This document shows, piece by piece, positions 1 through 10,133 of a stretch of DNA of 64,000 bases. Below the pieces are notes generated by a model, which did not search any database, was not told where the DNA came from, and saw nothing but the letters and a program-made list of their open reading frames with translations. Both the position numbers and the translations under genes were made by a program. Positions within the stretch are counted from its first letter, which is position 1; every line of letters begins with the position of its first letter. Source of the DNA: Nemertoderma westbladi (lineage: Eukaryota; Animalia; Xenacoelomorpha); contig JAUCBJ010002942.1 in assembly GCA_032718475.1 (NCBI GenBank), positions 22,802 to 86,801 of the forward strand. Direction: 5' to 3'.

Positions 1-632
1 GGTAAAGCACTCTGTAAAGCATCTGTATGGTAAAGCACTCTGTAAAGCATCTGTATGGTAAAGCACTCTGTAAAGCATCTGTATGGTAAAGCACTCTGTA
101 AAGCATCTGTATGTAAAGCACTCTGTAAAGCATCTGTATGGTAAAGCACTCTGTAAAGCATCTGTATGTAAAGCACTCTGTAAAGCATCTGTATGGTAAA
201 GCACTCTGTAAAGCATCTGTATGGTAAAGCACTCTGTAAAGCATCTGTATGGTAAAGCACTCTGTAAAGCATCTGTATGGTAAAGCATTCTGTAAAGCAT
301 CTGTATGTAAAGCACTCTGTAAAGCATCTGTATGGTAAAGCACTCTGTAAAGCATCTGTATGGTAAAGCACTCTGTAAAGCATCTGTATGGTAAAGCACT
401 CTGTAAAGCATCTGTATGGTAAAGCACTCTGTAAAGCACTCTGTAAAGCACTCTGTAAAGCACTCTGTAAAGCACTCTGTAAAGCACTCTGTAAAGCACT
501 CTGTAAAGCATCTGTATGGTAAAGCACTCTGTAAAGCATCTGTATGGTAAAGCACTCTGTAAAGCATCTGTATGGTAAAGCACTCTGTAAAGCATCTGTA
601 TGGTAAAGCACTCTGTAAAGCATCTGTATGGT
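1..632. repeat. Minisatellite, 28-bp unit (ggtaaagcactctgtaaagcatctgtat) built from ~13-bp subunits; truncated by window start
   Basis: Direct tandem copies; a run of the 13-bp subunit gtaaagcactct at ~420-510. Confidence 0.97.
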
Positions 633-921
633 TCTCGGAATCAGTTTAAATTAATATACGAAGATAATGATAATAATAGAATCCTAAATAGACCATTAAA
701 TTTATACGGCAAATAATTCATCAAATTCCAACCAAATTGTTCGCCATCGTCCCTGTCTTGTCTATGTATCACCCCATCCGAACACGTCCAGTAGACTCAT
801 CTGCGGCTCGGCCAAATCCGCAGCACCGCCCTCTGGCAGAGCAGCCGGAGCAACAACTCCAAATTCTTCAACTTCATGTATTGGAAGCACTGCCCACTCA
901 GCTCACGGCTTCCCGATCAAC

Positions 922-1096
922 TGTTAGAATTAGAACTCATTTTAAACATTAAACTTATTGCTGTATTTTAATAACTAAACTTTACTGCTATCAGCACGTG
1001 CGCAATGCAATACATATTCACCAGTCACCAACCTAACTAACTCACAACAATACAGTAGGCACAAACTAACACAAGCATAATACTGCAGTACTCACA
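922..1096 (-). repeat. 3' LTR of Copia element
   Basis: 175 bp, identical to 5591-5765, TG..CA ends. Confidence 0.96.
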
Positions 1097-1176
1097 ATCT
1101 CCCCTCATTTTTTTAAATTAAAGTTTGTTGTAATAATTGTTGCATAAAATCATAGTTTGTATAAAATCAGTTATTG

Positions 1177-1887
1177 TTACATATAGTTTTCTTTGATCTC
1201 GAACTTCTTTCTCACATCCTTCTTTGTTAAACAATCAGCCAATTGGTTAGTTCCTGCAACCAATTTAAATGACACGCGACCAAGTTCGAATAGTTCTCTT
1301 AGTATTCCCATTTCGATCATTAAACGCTTATCACAGAGTACATTAGTGGTTTGAATTGCGGTATGTAATGATTTGTTGTCGGTGTAACAAATTATCGGTA
1401 TAGAAACATCAATAATGTTTTCAATAATTTTCGATAAGAAAATTGCCTCCTCAACACCGTCTACACATGCCAAGGTTTCTGCAGCTAATGTAGATTTAAC
1501 AACCCGTCGAACTTTAGCAGATTTCCATGTCAATAAACCATTCAACTGAACCTCTCCAAATGGATATGATGATTGGGTGGAACAGTTGCTTGTTTCTTGA
1601 CCATTGTTTACTGTAGCTAAAAATATCATATATCCACCTTGAGAAGAGAAACCAACTGCATTACCAAGTGAAGCATCTGTAAATACTGCTAATGCTGCAC
1701 TTGAAGGTTTAAAGTAGGTAGTATCAAATTGCAGACCAGCAGCTAATGATTGTTTGGCTTTACGAATTACCTTATTGAGGTACTTAGCATCACCAACTAT
1801 AGGATGCTTTGCCTGTGAACTTAGATAAGAAGCATCAAAACTTAAATCAGGGCGACTTTGATTGGCAAGCCATGATATAGCTCCTAC
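1177..1887 (-). pseudogene. Copia RT C-terminus/RNase H segment downstream of the premature stop
   Basis: FTDASL, WKSAKVRRVVKSTLAAETL, YTDNKSL, QLADCLTK motifs (ORF 1177-1629 plus in-frame upstream sequence). Confidence 0.88.
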
Positions 1888-3843
1888 TCATGTTCGATAA
1901 TCAGAGATTTCATTTGATGTTAATGGTCTATCAACTTCAGCATATTGCGAGATTGGAAGTTCTGTTAGAAGCTGAGCGTATCGAAATTGACTAATTTCAA
2001 TTTCATGATCGGTTTGTTTTACATCAATACCAAGATATTTAAAAGCCAGTGCTGCTGTTGAACGAATTTCAAATATACTACATATTTTCGCAACAATATT
2101 GTTCTTGAAGTATGAGTTACCTCCCCACAGGATATCATCAACATGAATGCATAACAACCCCTGAATTTCTCCATCTTTCTTATAATAAAACAAAGCTGGA
2201 TCCTCGGGACAAGCAGTCAATCCTAAATTCGTTAAGGTCCCCCGAAGTTTCATATACCATGCTCGTGGGGCATCATTTAGACCATACACAGTTTTCATTA
2301 ACTGCCAAACTCCATCTACCATAGCCTCTGGTGGTGGCTTCACGAATATTTCACGATCGATGGTGAAACCCTGTAAGAAAGCACACTTAATGTCGAGACT
2401 ATTTATTGTCCAACCGTATGATGAAATCAGAAACAACACGAGACGAATATTATCTTTATTACATGTAGGCGAATCTGTTCGACCACCAAACTGTTCTTCA
2501 AATCCCCGAACCACAAGGCGGGCTTTGACAACATCATTGCCATTAACAACTTTCTCTGTAATGACCCAGCGTGTAGACACAAGAGACTGACCAGAATATG
2601 GAACAACTTTCACAACACCTTGTTCCTTCCATGTACTTAACTCCTTTTCTTTAGCATCTTTCAATCCTGAAGTTACCGTAATCATTACCTCTTCATCATC
2701 AGGAACAATTTCATAATCCGAAACTTCATCTAGATTCACCCAAGATTTACCACTAGGCAATTCAATATTCCAACAGTTCCTATATTTACCACTTGCCTTA
2801 CCAGCTCGACTTAATATTCTTCCACAAATAACATTATCAGAATCGGTGTATTTAATACGTTGCCCAGCTTTAACATTACTATTTGCAACAATAGACACCC
2901 ATGGTTGTTTTCCACTTTCGGTTTCATTTGAACTATTATTAGTAGGCAACGTCATGTCATTATGATCATTGGCATTGCCGATATCATTGTCATCATCATC
3001 ACTATCATCAACAGATCTTCGCACAACATCACCATTATTAGAGTTTCGGACAATGCTTCCATCGCCATTATTTTTAACAACACTGTCATGTACATCATTT
3101 GTCAATCGTTCATTTGAATTATTGACTAAGCAAATTCGAGTTTTATGTACTCGAACTATAAACCCACCATGTCTCACATAAACACTTTGACCCTCAGAAC
3201 CTATCACAACTCCAGGTCCCTTCCATTCTTTGTGACCTTCTCGCTTGTAAAATACACGATCCCCATTTTCACACTGAAACTCAACCGCTCTAACATTATG
3301 CTTAAGTGCACGGCGCAATCTACTACTAGACTCATTTGCAATAAATTGTCTACGGGCCACATGCATCGCATTTAGGTTGTCTGCCACTACCTCACTCGTT
3401 GTCTTACCCTCCAAAGCAGCTATAGAACTATTCTCTAAAATTGGAATTTTTGGATTGAGTCCAATAGCAACCTGGCTCGGTGAGAAACCATGCACATTAG
3501 TCAAACTGTTTCGTGCAGCAACAGCCCAAGCAACAGCAATATTGAGATTTACATGACAATCTTGCATTATTTTAAGTACATCATCACCCAATACTGCATT
3601 CTGACGTTCACAGACTCCATTACTGAAAGGGGATTCTGCCGCAGTTGGTAATATCTCAATATTACAGTTATCAGCCATACTAACAAATTCGTCATTATAA
3701 AATTCTCCACCGTTGTCAGCCAAGACTTTATTTGGAACACCAAAATTTGAAATCCATCCAGTAAACATCCCTTGAATAACAGATTCAGGCTTTTTATTTG
3801 ATAAAACCGCAGCTGCACGGTAACGTGTTGCTAAATCCACCAT
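1888..3843 (-). CDS. Copia integrase core + reverse transcriptase (second segment)
   Basis: VDLATRY..ADNGGEF..SPFSNGVCER (DDE core); KARLVVRGFEE, LDIKCAFLQG, VYGLNDAPRAW, HVDD; premature TGA at 1888-1890 with the frame continuing (VGAISWLANQSRPDL). Confidence 0.92.
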   Translation of the reverse strand: MVDLATRYRAAAVLSNKKPESVIQGMFTGWISNFGVPNKVLADNGGEFYNDEFVSMADNCNIEILPTAAESPFSNGVCERQNAVLGDDVLKIMQDCHVNLNIAVAWAVAARNSLTNVHGFSPSQVAIGLNPKIPILENSSIAALEGKTTSEVVADNLNAMHVARRQFIANESSSRLRRALKHNVRAVEFQCENGDRVFYKREGHKEWKGPGVVIGSEGQSVYVRHGGFIVRVHKTRICLVNNSNERLTNDVHDSVVKNNGDGSIVRNSNNGDVVRRSVDDSDDDDNDIGNANDHNDMTLPTNNSSNETESGKQPWVSIVANSNVKAGQRIKYTDSDNVICGRILSRAGKASGKYRNCWNIELPSGKSWVNLDEVSDYEIVPDDEEVMITVTSGLKDAKEKELSTWKEQGVVKVVPYSGQSLVSTRWVITEKVVNGNDVVKARLVVRGFEEQFGGRTDSPTCNKDNIRLVLFLISSYGWTINSLDIKCAFLQGFTIDREIFVKPPPEAMVDGVWQLMKTVYGLNDAPRAWYMKLRGTLTNLGLTACPEDPALFYYKKDGEIQGLLCIHVDDILWGGNSYFKNNIVAKICSIFEIRSTAALAFKYLGIDVKQTDHEIEISQFRYAQLLTELPISQYAEVDRPLTSNEISDYRT

Positions 3844-5618
3844 ATGTAAAATAGGATGACCTGACCAGTTATAAATTTTAGATCAATAGCTAATCCTTCA
3901 TTGAATGTTGTTGCTAATGGTTGACAAACAACTGGACGAGGTGGTGCTCTACGGATTCGCTTACAAACTTCGCAATTATCTCTCACACAATGTAAGGCTT
4001 GTTCTAATTCCGAGCTCCAACACTCAGCACGCTTGAGTAAAGTGATAATACGTTTTGTGTCTGCATGTGCAAACTGTCTATGCAGCTTCAATGCAATATG
4101 TTTAACATCAGAATTCACATTTGATATTTGTTCGAGAAAATATGCCACATTTGAAGAACAATTAGGTGCAATATGTATACAAATATGCCCTGCTCTATTC
4201 CGAACTGGAGTGATTTCTTTACCCAACATGGTGATTGTTCCCTTTTCAAAATTCATATGTGTGCGAGCCTTTTGCATTGACTGTTTGCTTAATAACAAAG
4301 GAATATCACAATTCACGACTTCTGTAGAAATGAATATATTTTCATTTGCAATACATGCTGGAATTTTTACATTTTTTATCGAAGCTACTGATTCTCCAGA
4401 ACCAAATCGAAATTGTACTGAAGAATCCTTTTCAACAATGCGTTCTCTCTGCTCAGATGTTAGACTATCCAAGTAGCAGCTGTACCAAGTTGTACCACAC
4501 ACAGTACGACTGCAACCAGAATCCAATATCGCAAATCCCAATTCCTCAGCTACAAAATCTTCTTTATCCTCCCCAGTAAACAAAGTAATGTGAACCTCCT
4601 CGTGCTCGTACTCACCATCATCTACCTCTGTATTATAAACCCGTGTAACTTCTGGACAATCTCTCCTTAAATGAAACCTTGAACCGCACACAAAACAACC
4701 AGGATCAAAGTTTCCATTCCCTGAAAGACGATTTGTTGACGAAGTTGTGTTATTACTACCACCAAACTGCCGTCCAGGAACATTCCACTGCCGAAATGAA
4801 CCAGCTACTCCCCCACCACGCATCTGACTGTTGGTATTAAACTGACCAGTTGGACGGCCAAATCTATTACGTGGAATTCCCCCAAGTGCTCCGCGAAAAT
4901 ATCCGGACCCACCACCACCGTACTGCTGGCTAAATCCTCCTCGACGATATCCCGATTGCCCATAAAAAACTTCCGACATATCCGAGTGTTCATCGCCACC
5001 AACCGCTTCATTAACTTCTTCGAGTTTAATAATAGAGTCACCAACTTCCACCGGCGTTTTTGTTCGTTGATTCGCCAAACGCTTTAAAGTTTCACGCATC
5101 GCATCGTAGGTGAACCTATTTACCGTAGCCCTCACGAGTTGTTCCATTGGTTTCTCGAGATTACAACCCTTCAAAAGGCGATACGCCAGAACACCCTGTG
5201 GTAAGTGCATGTTATGTCCTCGAACTTTCGCATACAGATTGTCAAACTGAATCAAATAGTCATCCAGTTTATCATTCGGTTTACGCAAATAGCTCTCAAA
5301 ATTCTCGTAGGCTTCGAACGCCCTTTCATCCTCACTTTTTAAATACAACTTGTCCAACAGTTCGAGAACTTCTTGAAAACCAGTAACTGATGTTAATATA
5401 TCTTGCTCGATCTCCATTGCTGCAACTTTCGCTTTTCCCGTAAGCGATAAAACTAGTGCTGAACCCAATTGATTCTGTTTCAATGACGTTACAGTCTTCC
5501 ACAAAGCAACCTCTTTCTTCCATGTGCTATAATTTGCTGTATCTAATACCGGTGGAACTTTCAAAGAATCAGCCGACGCTCTGCTACCAATGTTAGAATT
5601 AGAACTCATTTTAAACAT
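3831..5618 (-). CDS. Copia gag-protease-integrase N-terminus (first segment of a disrupted polyprotein)
   Basis: CX2CX4HX4C knuckle (CFVCGSRFHLRRDC), protease ILDSGCS, integrase HHCC (LHRQFAH..CEVC); ends at a frameshift caused by the 5-bp duplication at 3857-3866. Confidence 0.9.
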   Translation of the reverse strand: MFKMSSNSNIGSRASADSLKVPPVLDTANYSTWKKEVALWKTVTSLKQNQLGSALVLSLTGKAKVAAMEIEQDILTSVTGFQEVLELLDKLYLKSEDERAFEAYENFESYLRKPNDKLDDYLIQFDNLYAKVRGHNMHLPQGVLAYRLLKGCNLEKPMEQLVRATVNRFTYDAMRETLKRLANQRTKTPVEVGDSIIKLEEVNEAVGGDEHSDMSEVFYGQSGYRRGGFSQQYGGGGSGYFRGALGGIPRNRFGRPTGQFNTNSQMRGGGVAGSFRQWNVPGRQFGGSNNTTSSTNRLSGNGNFDPGCFVCGSRFHLRRDCPEVTRVYNTEVDDGEYEHEEVHITLFTGEDKEDFVAEELGFAILDSGCSRTVCGTTWYSCYLDSLTSEQRERIVEKDSSVQFRFGSGESVASIKNVKIPACIANENIFISTEVVNCDIPLLLSKQSMQKARTHMNFEKGTITMLGKEITPVRNRAGHICIHIAPNCSSNVAYFLEQISNVNSDVKHIALKLHRQFAHADTKRIITLLKRAECWSSELEQALHCVRDNCEVCKRIRRAPPRPVVCQPLATTFNEGLAIDLKFITGQVILFYIWWI

Positions 5619-5765
5619 TAAACTTATTGCTGTATTTTAATAACTAAACTTTACTGCTATCAGCACGTGCGCAATGCAATACATATTCACCAGTCACCAA
5701 CCTAACTAACTCACAACAATACAGTAGGCACAAACTAACACAAGCATAATACTGCAGTACTCACA
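5591..5765 (-). repeat. 5' LTR of Copia element
   Basis: Identical to 922-1096; followed on minus strand by tRNA-Met-type PBS at ~5578-5589. Confidence 0.96.
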
Positions 5766-6145
5766 TCAACTACCGACTAAGCCAGTTAGTCAGACGAAAC
5801 CAATAGATTCATTCAATCGACCTTCTTTCAAACCAATAGAATCAACTCATGTTCACTTCACTTATGTTTCTCCTTGTTTCTGCCACAAACGCTGCATGTA
5901 CAATATTTGTATTTTAATATAAAAATATTGGAAAAAGTATAACAACCCCAGGTTCTCTGGAACTCTTAAGGTTTTCCTGAAAATGTAGGGTCTTCCAGTG
6001 AATTTGAAAAGTTTCCATTATTTTTCGGGCCAATGGAAAACATTTTGCATGCGGAAATTAAAAAAAAATACCCGTGCTTCTAGCAAAAAATGTAATTGGA
6101 ATTGTTTTTGGAATTGGAGTTGTTTTGTTATGTAATTCTTCGTTG

Positions 6146-7033
6146 TGTACACACCATTTCATGGTGTGTTGTGTGTGTACACACCATTTCATGGTGTGTT
6201 GTGTGTGTACACACCATTTCATGGTGTGTTGTGTGTGTATACACGATTTCATGGACGTTGTGTACACTAGTACACCATTTCATGGTGTGCTGTGTGTGTA
6301 CACACCATTTCATGGTGTGTTGTGTGTGTATACACGATTTCATGGACGTTGTGTACACTAGTACACCATTTCATGGTGTGTTGTGTGTGTACACACCATT
6401 TCATGGTGTGTTGTGTGTGTACACACCATTTCACGTAGTGTTGTGTGTGTATACACGATTTCATGGACGTTGTGTACACTAGTACACCATTTCATGGTGT
6501 GTTGTGTGTGTACACACCATTTCATGGTGTGTTGTGTGTGTATACACCATTTCATGGTGTGTTGTTTGTGTGCACACCATTTCATGGACGTTGTGTACAC
6601 TAGTACAAGATTTCATGGTGTGTTGTGTGTGTACACACCATTTCATGGTGTGTTGTGTGTGTGTATACACCATTTCATGGTGTGTTGTGTGTGTGCACAC
6701 CATTTCATGGACGTTGTGTACACTAGTACACGATTTCATGGTGTGTTGTGTGTGTACACACCATTTCATGGTGTGTTGTGTGTGTATACACCATTTCATG
6801 GTGTGTTGTGTGTGTGCACACCATTTCATGGACGTTGTGTACACTAGTACACGATTTCATGGTGTGTTGTGTGTGTACACACCATTTCATGGTGTGTTGT
6901 GTGTGTATACACCATTTCATGGTGTGTTGTGTGTGTGCACACCATTTCATGGACGTTGTGTACACTAGTACACGATTTCATGGTGTGTTGTGTGTGTACA
7001 CACCATTTCATGGTGTGTTGTGTGTGTACACAC
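6146..7033. repeat. Hairpin-containing satellite, 30-bp unit with ~121-bp higher-order repeat
   Basis: Unit cacaccat-ttc-atggtgtg-ttgtgtgtgta; every 3-4 units a variant ggacgttgtgtacactagta; array resumes at 9217 after an insertion. Confidence 0.95.
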
Positions 7034-9216
7034 TGTTACGGTATATGGCGCTGTACCTACATTATGTAATATATTAGTCCGTTATACTGTACATATATTA
7101 GTCCATCATACAGTATAATATGTTAGTCCATTATATAGTATCATATATTAGTCCGTGATGCAGTATAATTATTTAGATAAGACATAACGCGCAATGATAT
7201 TTAGATAAGGAAAATAAAACGCCCATATATTTTGAACTCATCCATTTTATAGTATGTAGCCCTACCTATGTAATTTTGTAATAGGATATAAGTAGATAGT
7301 TCCAGGGTAGCAAGTTCTTGTTGGACCCTGGATATGGGCTTGCTGTTATTAGCCTTGATGGGGCTAGCTACTGGTTTTAATTTTCTCTATAATTGCGCTA
7401 AATTAACCTTTGTGCATGATATTATTAGTACCGCCAAATTAAGCATCGGGAAAATTACCTTATATGGTAACGATCCGGCTCTCTCTTCACAATCCGGCTC
7501 TCTTATTGGCCTAACTGCTTCCAGGTTGGTCTAATGATAGCTCGGATTGGGGAGCCAATGAGAGATCGATTGCATCACCCTTCTCAAATCACCTATAAAT
7601 TGGCGTTTTGCCGGTGTGTCTGTATGCCATATACCCTGCCATACTCCACACCACACCCTACCTTACTCCTCACTTCAGTTACCCTTAGTGTTCAACTATT
7701 ATTTGATGCTTAGTTTTTTGTGTAAATTACTGTCCTTTTGATTTTCTTGCAATGATTCGCTAATTTGCAATTTCTGTTGATTCTTGTTTGTGTTTCTCAA
7801 TCAATCCCAACGATTACTGTTAATTACAAATTGGAACTATGATTTCTACCCTTTAGTAAATGGTTCAATGTGATTCTTTTCGACACAATAATCCTACGGG
7901 ATTTCTTAGACTGTCAGACTGAGATTTGCATGTGCCGCTACGGTAGCTATTCATTCTGATGGAGGGCTAGGTTACCGGTAAGCGCGGCGGGCGCATTGGG
8001 GGGTTAGCGACGAAGGGGGCGCGGAGGATTCAAAGGCGAGCAACATTGGTGGGAGTACTATTGCGGGTGCAAGTTTGCGGCGTAGAGCGGGTCAGGTGCG
8101 CCGGTACAGTAATTAGGGGCTGATGATCCAGATTTTGTCTCTATTTTGTAGTATTAGGGGGACAGGAATTGGGTTAGTTAGGAAGCCTAGACGTAGCCGG
8201 GAGAGATCTGCGTGCTTTACGTTGCGAATTGCGAGCTAAACTGTAGACTATGTCGCAAGCTACGTGCGAACTGTAGGTTGCGAATTGCTATCTGACTGTT
8301 GATTGCGAATTGTGCGTTAAGAACTAAAATTGGTAAGTATAAACTATAGATTGTTACTCTGATTGGTGTGTTACTAAAGTGTGCCTAATAAATCACGAAT
8401 GCTTGGATAGGCGCTCTTTTCCCTTTGATTGATTTCTATTTCTTAGTTTACTGTAATAATACGGTAATTTAGGCTGTTGCTAGTGTGACCCGTTGCGTAA
8501 TAATTTAGAATTGCGCATTCTGGAATACTTAGTAATTAGTGCGCTGTTACATATTTGTGACTGTAATTATTTAGTAAAATTAAGAATTTGTACGCAGCAT
8601 AGCGGAGGGTAGTTAAGGTATTAATTTAGAGTACCGTACACTATTCACGCTGGGCGGTTATTTGAATTACTGTAGCGGACATAATTCACATCGTAGTATA
8701 CAGTATATAGCGCGCATCAGTAAATTGCTGGTCTAAAGCCAGCCGCAGGTAAGTTTGAGTCCCGAAATAAACACTGTACCGATTTTGATTATTTAAATAT
8801 TCTCACATTCACACATTCCGTTAGGGAACCCCAGTTTTGCGATTGGACGCGATTAACGCGTTTTACAGTAAGATTAGGCTAAGAATATACTCTGAGTGTA
8901 AAGTCTCTCACACTCGTTTTAAGTCAGCTTAGGGAGCCGATTCGGGTTTATTGTTTTTGTTATTCCCGCTTGGCTCATATATTCGAACAGTTAGCTTTCT
9001 ATCGAGCGATCGGTAGAGAAAGGAACAAGCGATTAGCAGGAGCCGTAGAAAATTAGGAAATATATTAGCGGACGGCAGGTTAGCGCCATCCAACGGTAAG
9101 TAGCGGTTTTGTATTTAGCAGCCCTACATTAGCAATAATACGCTCCTGATTGCCCTGCCTGATAAATAGAGCAGTTTTGTGTCTTTATTGGTTAGGCCGG
9201 GGTAGTTTGTTTAACA
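7034..9216. mobile_element. Probable solo LTR (2183 bp) inserted into the satellite
   Basis: TGTTA...TAACA termini; 5-bp TSD CACAC (7029-7033, 9217-9221); removal restores the satellite unit; no long ORF; CCAAT and TATAAA motifs at ~7555-7600. Confidence 0.8.
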
Positions 9217-9930
9217 CACACCATTTCATGGACGTTGTGTACACTAGTACACGTTCGTGGGGACTTCGCGCAGCACGTAGTCGCCAAGCCTTGGCATACG
9301 GTTCATATAGAGCAAATGGGGCATGTCTAGTTTGGACCCAATATCCCATGCTATAAATGTATTCATTCGATATACAATCATATGTTAATCCGCTAGGTGG
9401 TGTCAAATTGTTATTCTGCAATTTCGTACTTACCAGTGCAGCACTGTACAGCAGTACCGTACCGGTAGGCCTATGTCATTACTTCTGAGTCTCTAGCGGA
9501 TCCCCAATTAAATGTCTTAACTTTTCAATTTAGTAAAAGATAGACTTCATGATTCTCTACAGGCCACCAAAATTTCAGCTCAGGAAAATGAGGCCTTCCC
9601 GAGAAATTTAACATTTTCTAAAAACTACATAATCTGTCGTAGCTGACGTCAGACTGCATGATTTTTCACCAAACTTTACAAACTTTCTAAACTTTCTCTC
9701 TACTACTTACCTACTAAGTTTGGTTCAATTCCGAACCAGCGATGCAGAGAAATTCGCGTTCAAACATTTCCCAGACAGACGGACGGACGGACAGACAGAC
9801 AGACGGACATGCCCCATTTGCCCTATATGAACCGTATGCCAAGGCTCGCCGACTACGTGTCTCGCCCCACACGATTTCATGGTGTGTTGTGTGTGTGTTT
9901 ACACACCATTTCATGGTGTGTATTATTTTT
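9217..9930. mobile_element. Helentron/DINE-1-like non-autonomous element (HINE-like)
   Basis: ~65-bp inverted repeats (9257-9327 vs 9805-9870), (GACA/GACG)n microsatellite adjacent to the IR, terminal hairpin cacaccatttcatggtgtg followed by a T-run. Confidence 0.6.
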
Positions 9931-10026
9931 GGCATATTGTCAAAAGTACTTTAAACGGATTTATTAAACGGATTTATTAACAAAGGTAATTTTGAAAATG
10001 CAAAATATATTAAATTAATATTTCAG

Positions 10027-10133
10027 AGCAAAATGAGATGATTCAATCCCTGGAAGGAAAAATTCGAAATAAGGAGAATGAAATACGGAGAATTCGCGAC
10101 GATGAAGATAATAGACTGAAAATATTGCAGCAG
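10027..10133 (+). CDS. Internal exon of an unidentified coiled-coil protein gene
   Basis: tttcag acceptor, CAG|gttaag donor; QNEMIQSLEGKIRNKENEIRRIRDDEDNRLKILQQ (heptad-like); splices in frame to 13569. Confidence 0.75.

Larger units (their letters stand above)
922..5765 (-). mobile_element. Full-length Ty1/Copia LTR retrotransposon, GalEa-like clade
   Basis: Identical 175-bp TG..CA LTRs (922-1096, 5591-5765); 5-bp TSD TCAAC (917-921, 5766-5770); PBS TGGTAGCAGAGC next to the 5' LTR; polypurine tract (rc of atctcccctc) beside the 3' LTR; domain order gag-PR-IN-RT-RH; HVDD RT motif and this PBS are GalEa-like. Confidence 0.96.

Noticed and set aside
737-952. Host exon disrupted by the Copia insertion
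   Set aside because: GC-richer flank, but no convincing splice sites or recognisable peptide in any frame.
3843-3870. Programmed ribosomal frameshift in the Copia element
   Set aside because: The shift lies inside the integrase core and is fully explained by a 5-bp duplication.
6146-7033. CRISPR-like array (palindromic ~30-bp repeats)
   Set aside because: No unique spacers, no cas genes, eukaryotic context; the same applies to the 112-bp and 68-bp arrays.
6058-7077. Many overlapping Cys/His/Val-rich ORFs
   Set aside because: Translations of the 30-bp satellite in several frames on both strands.
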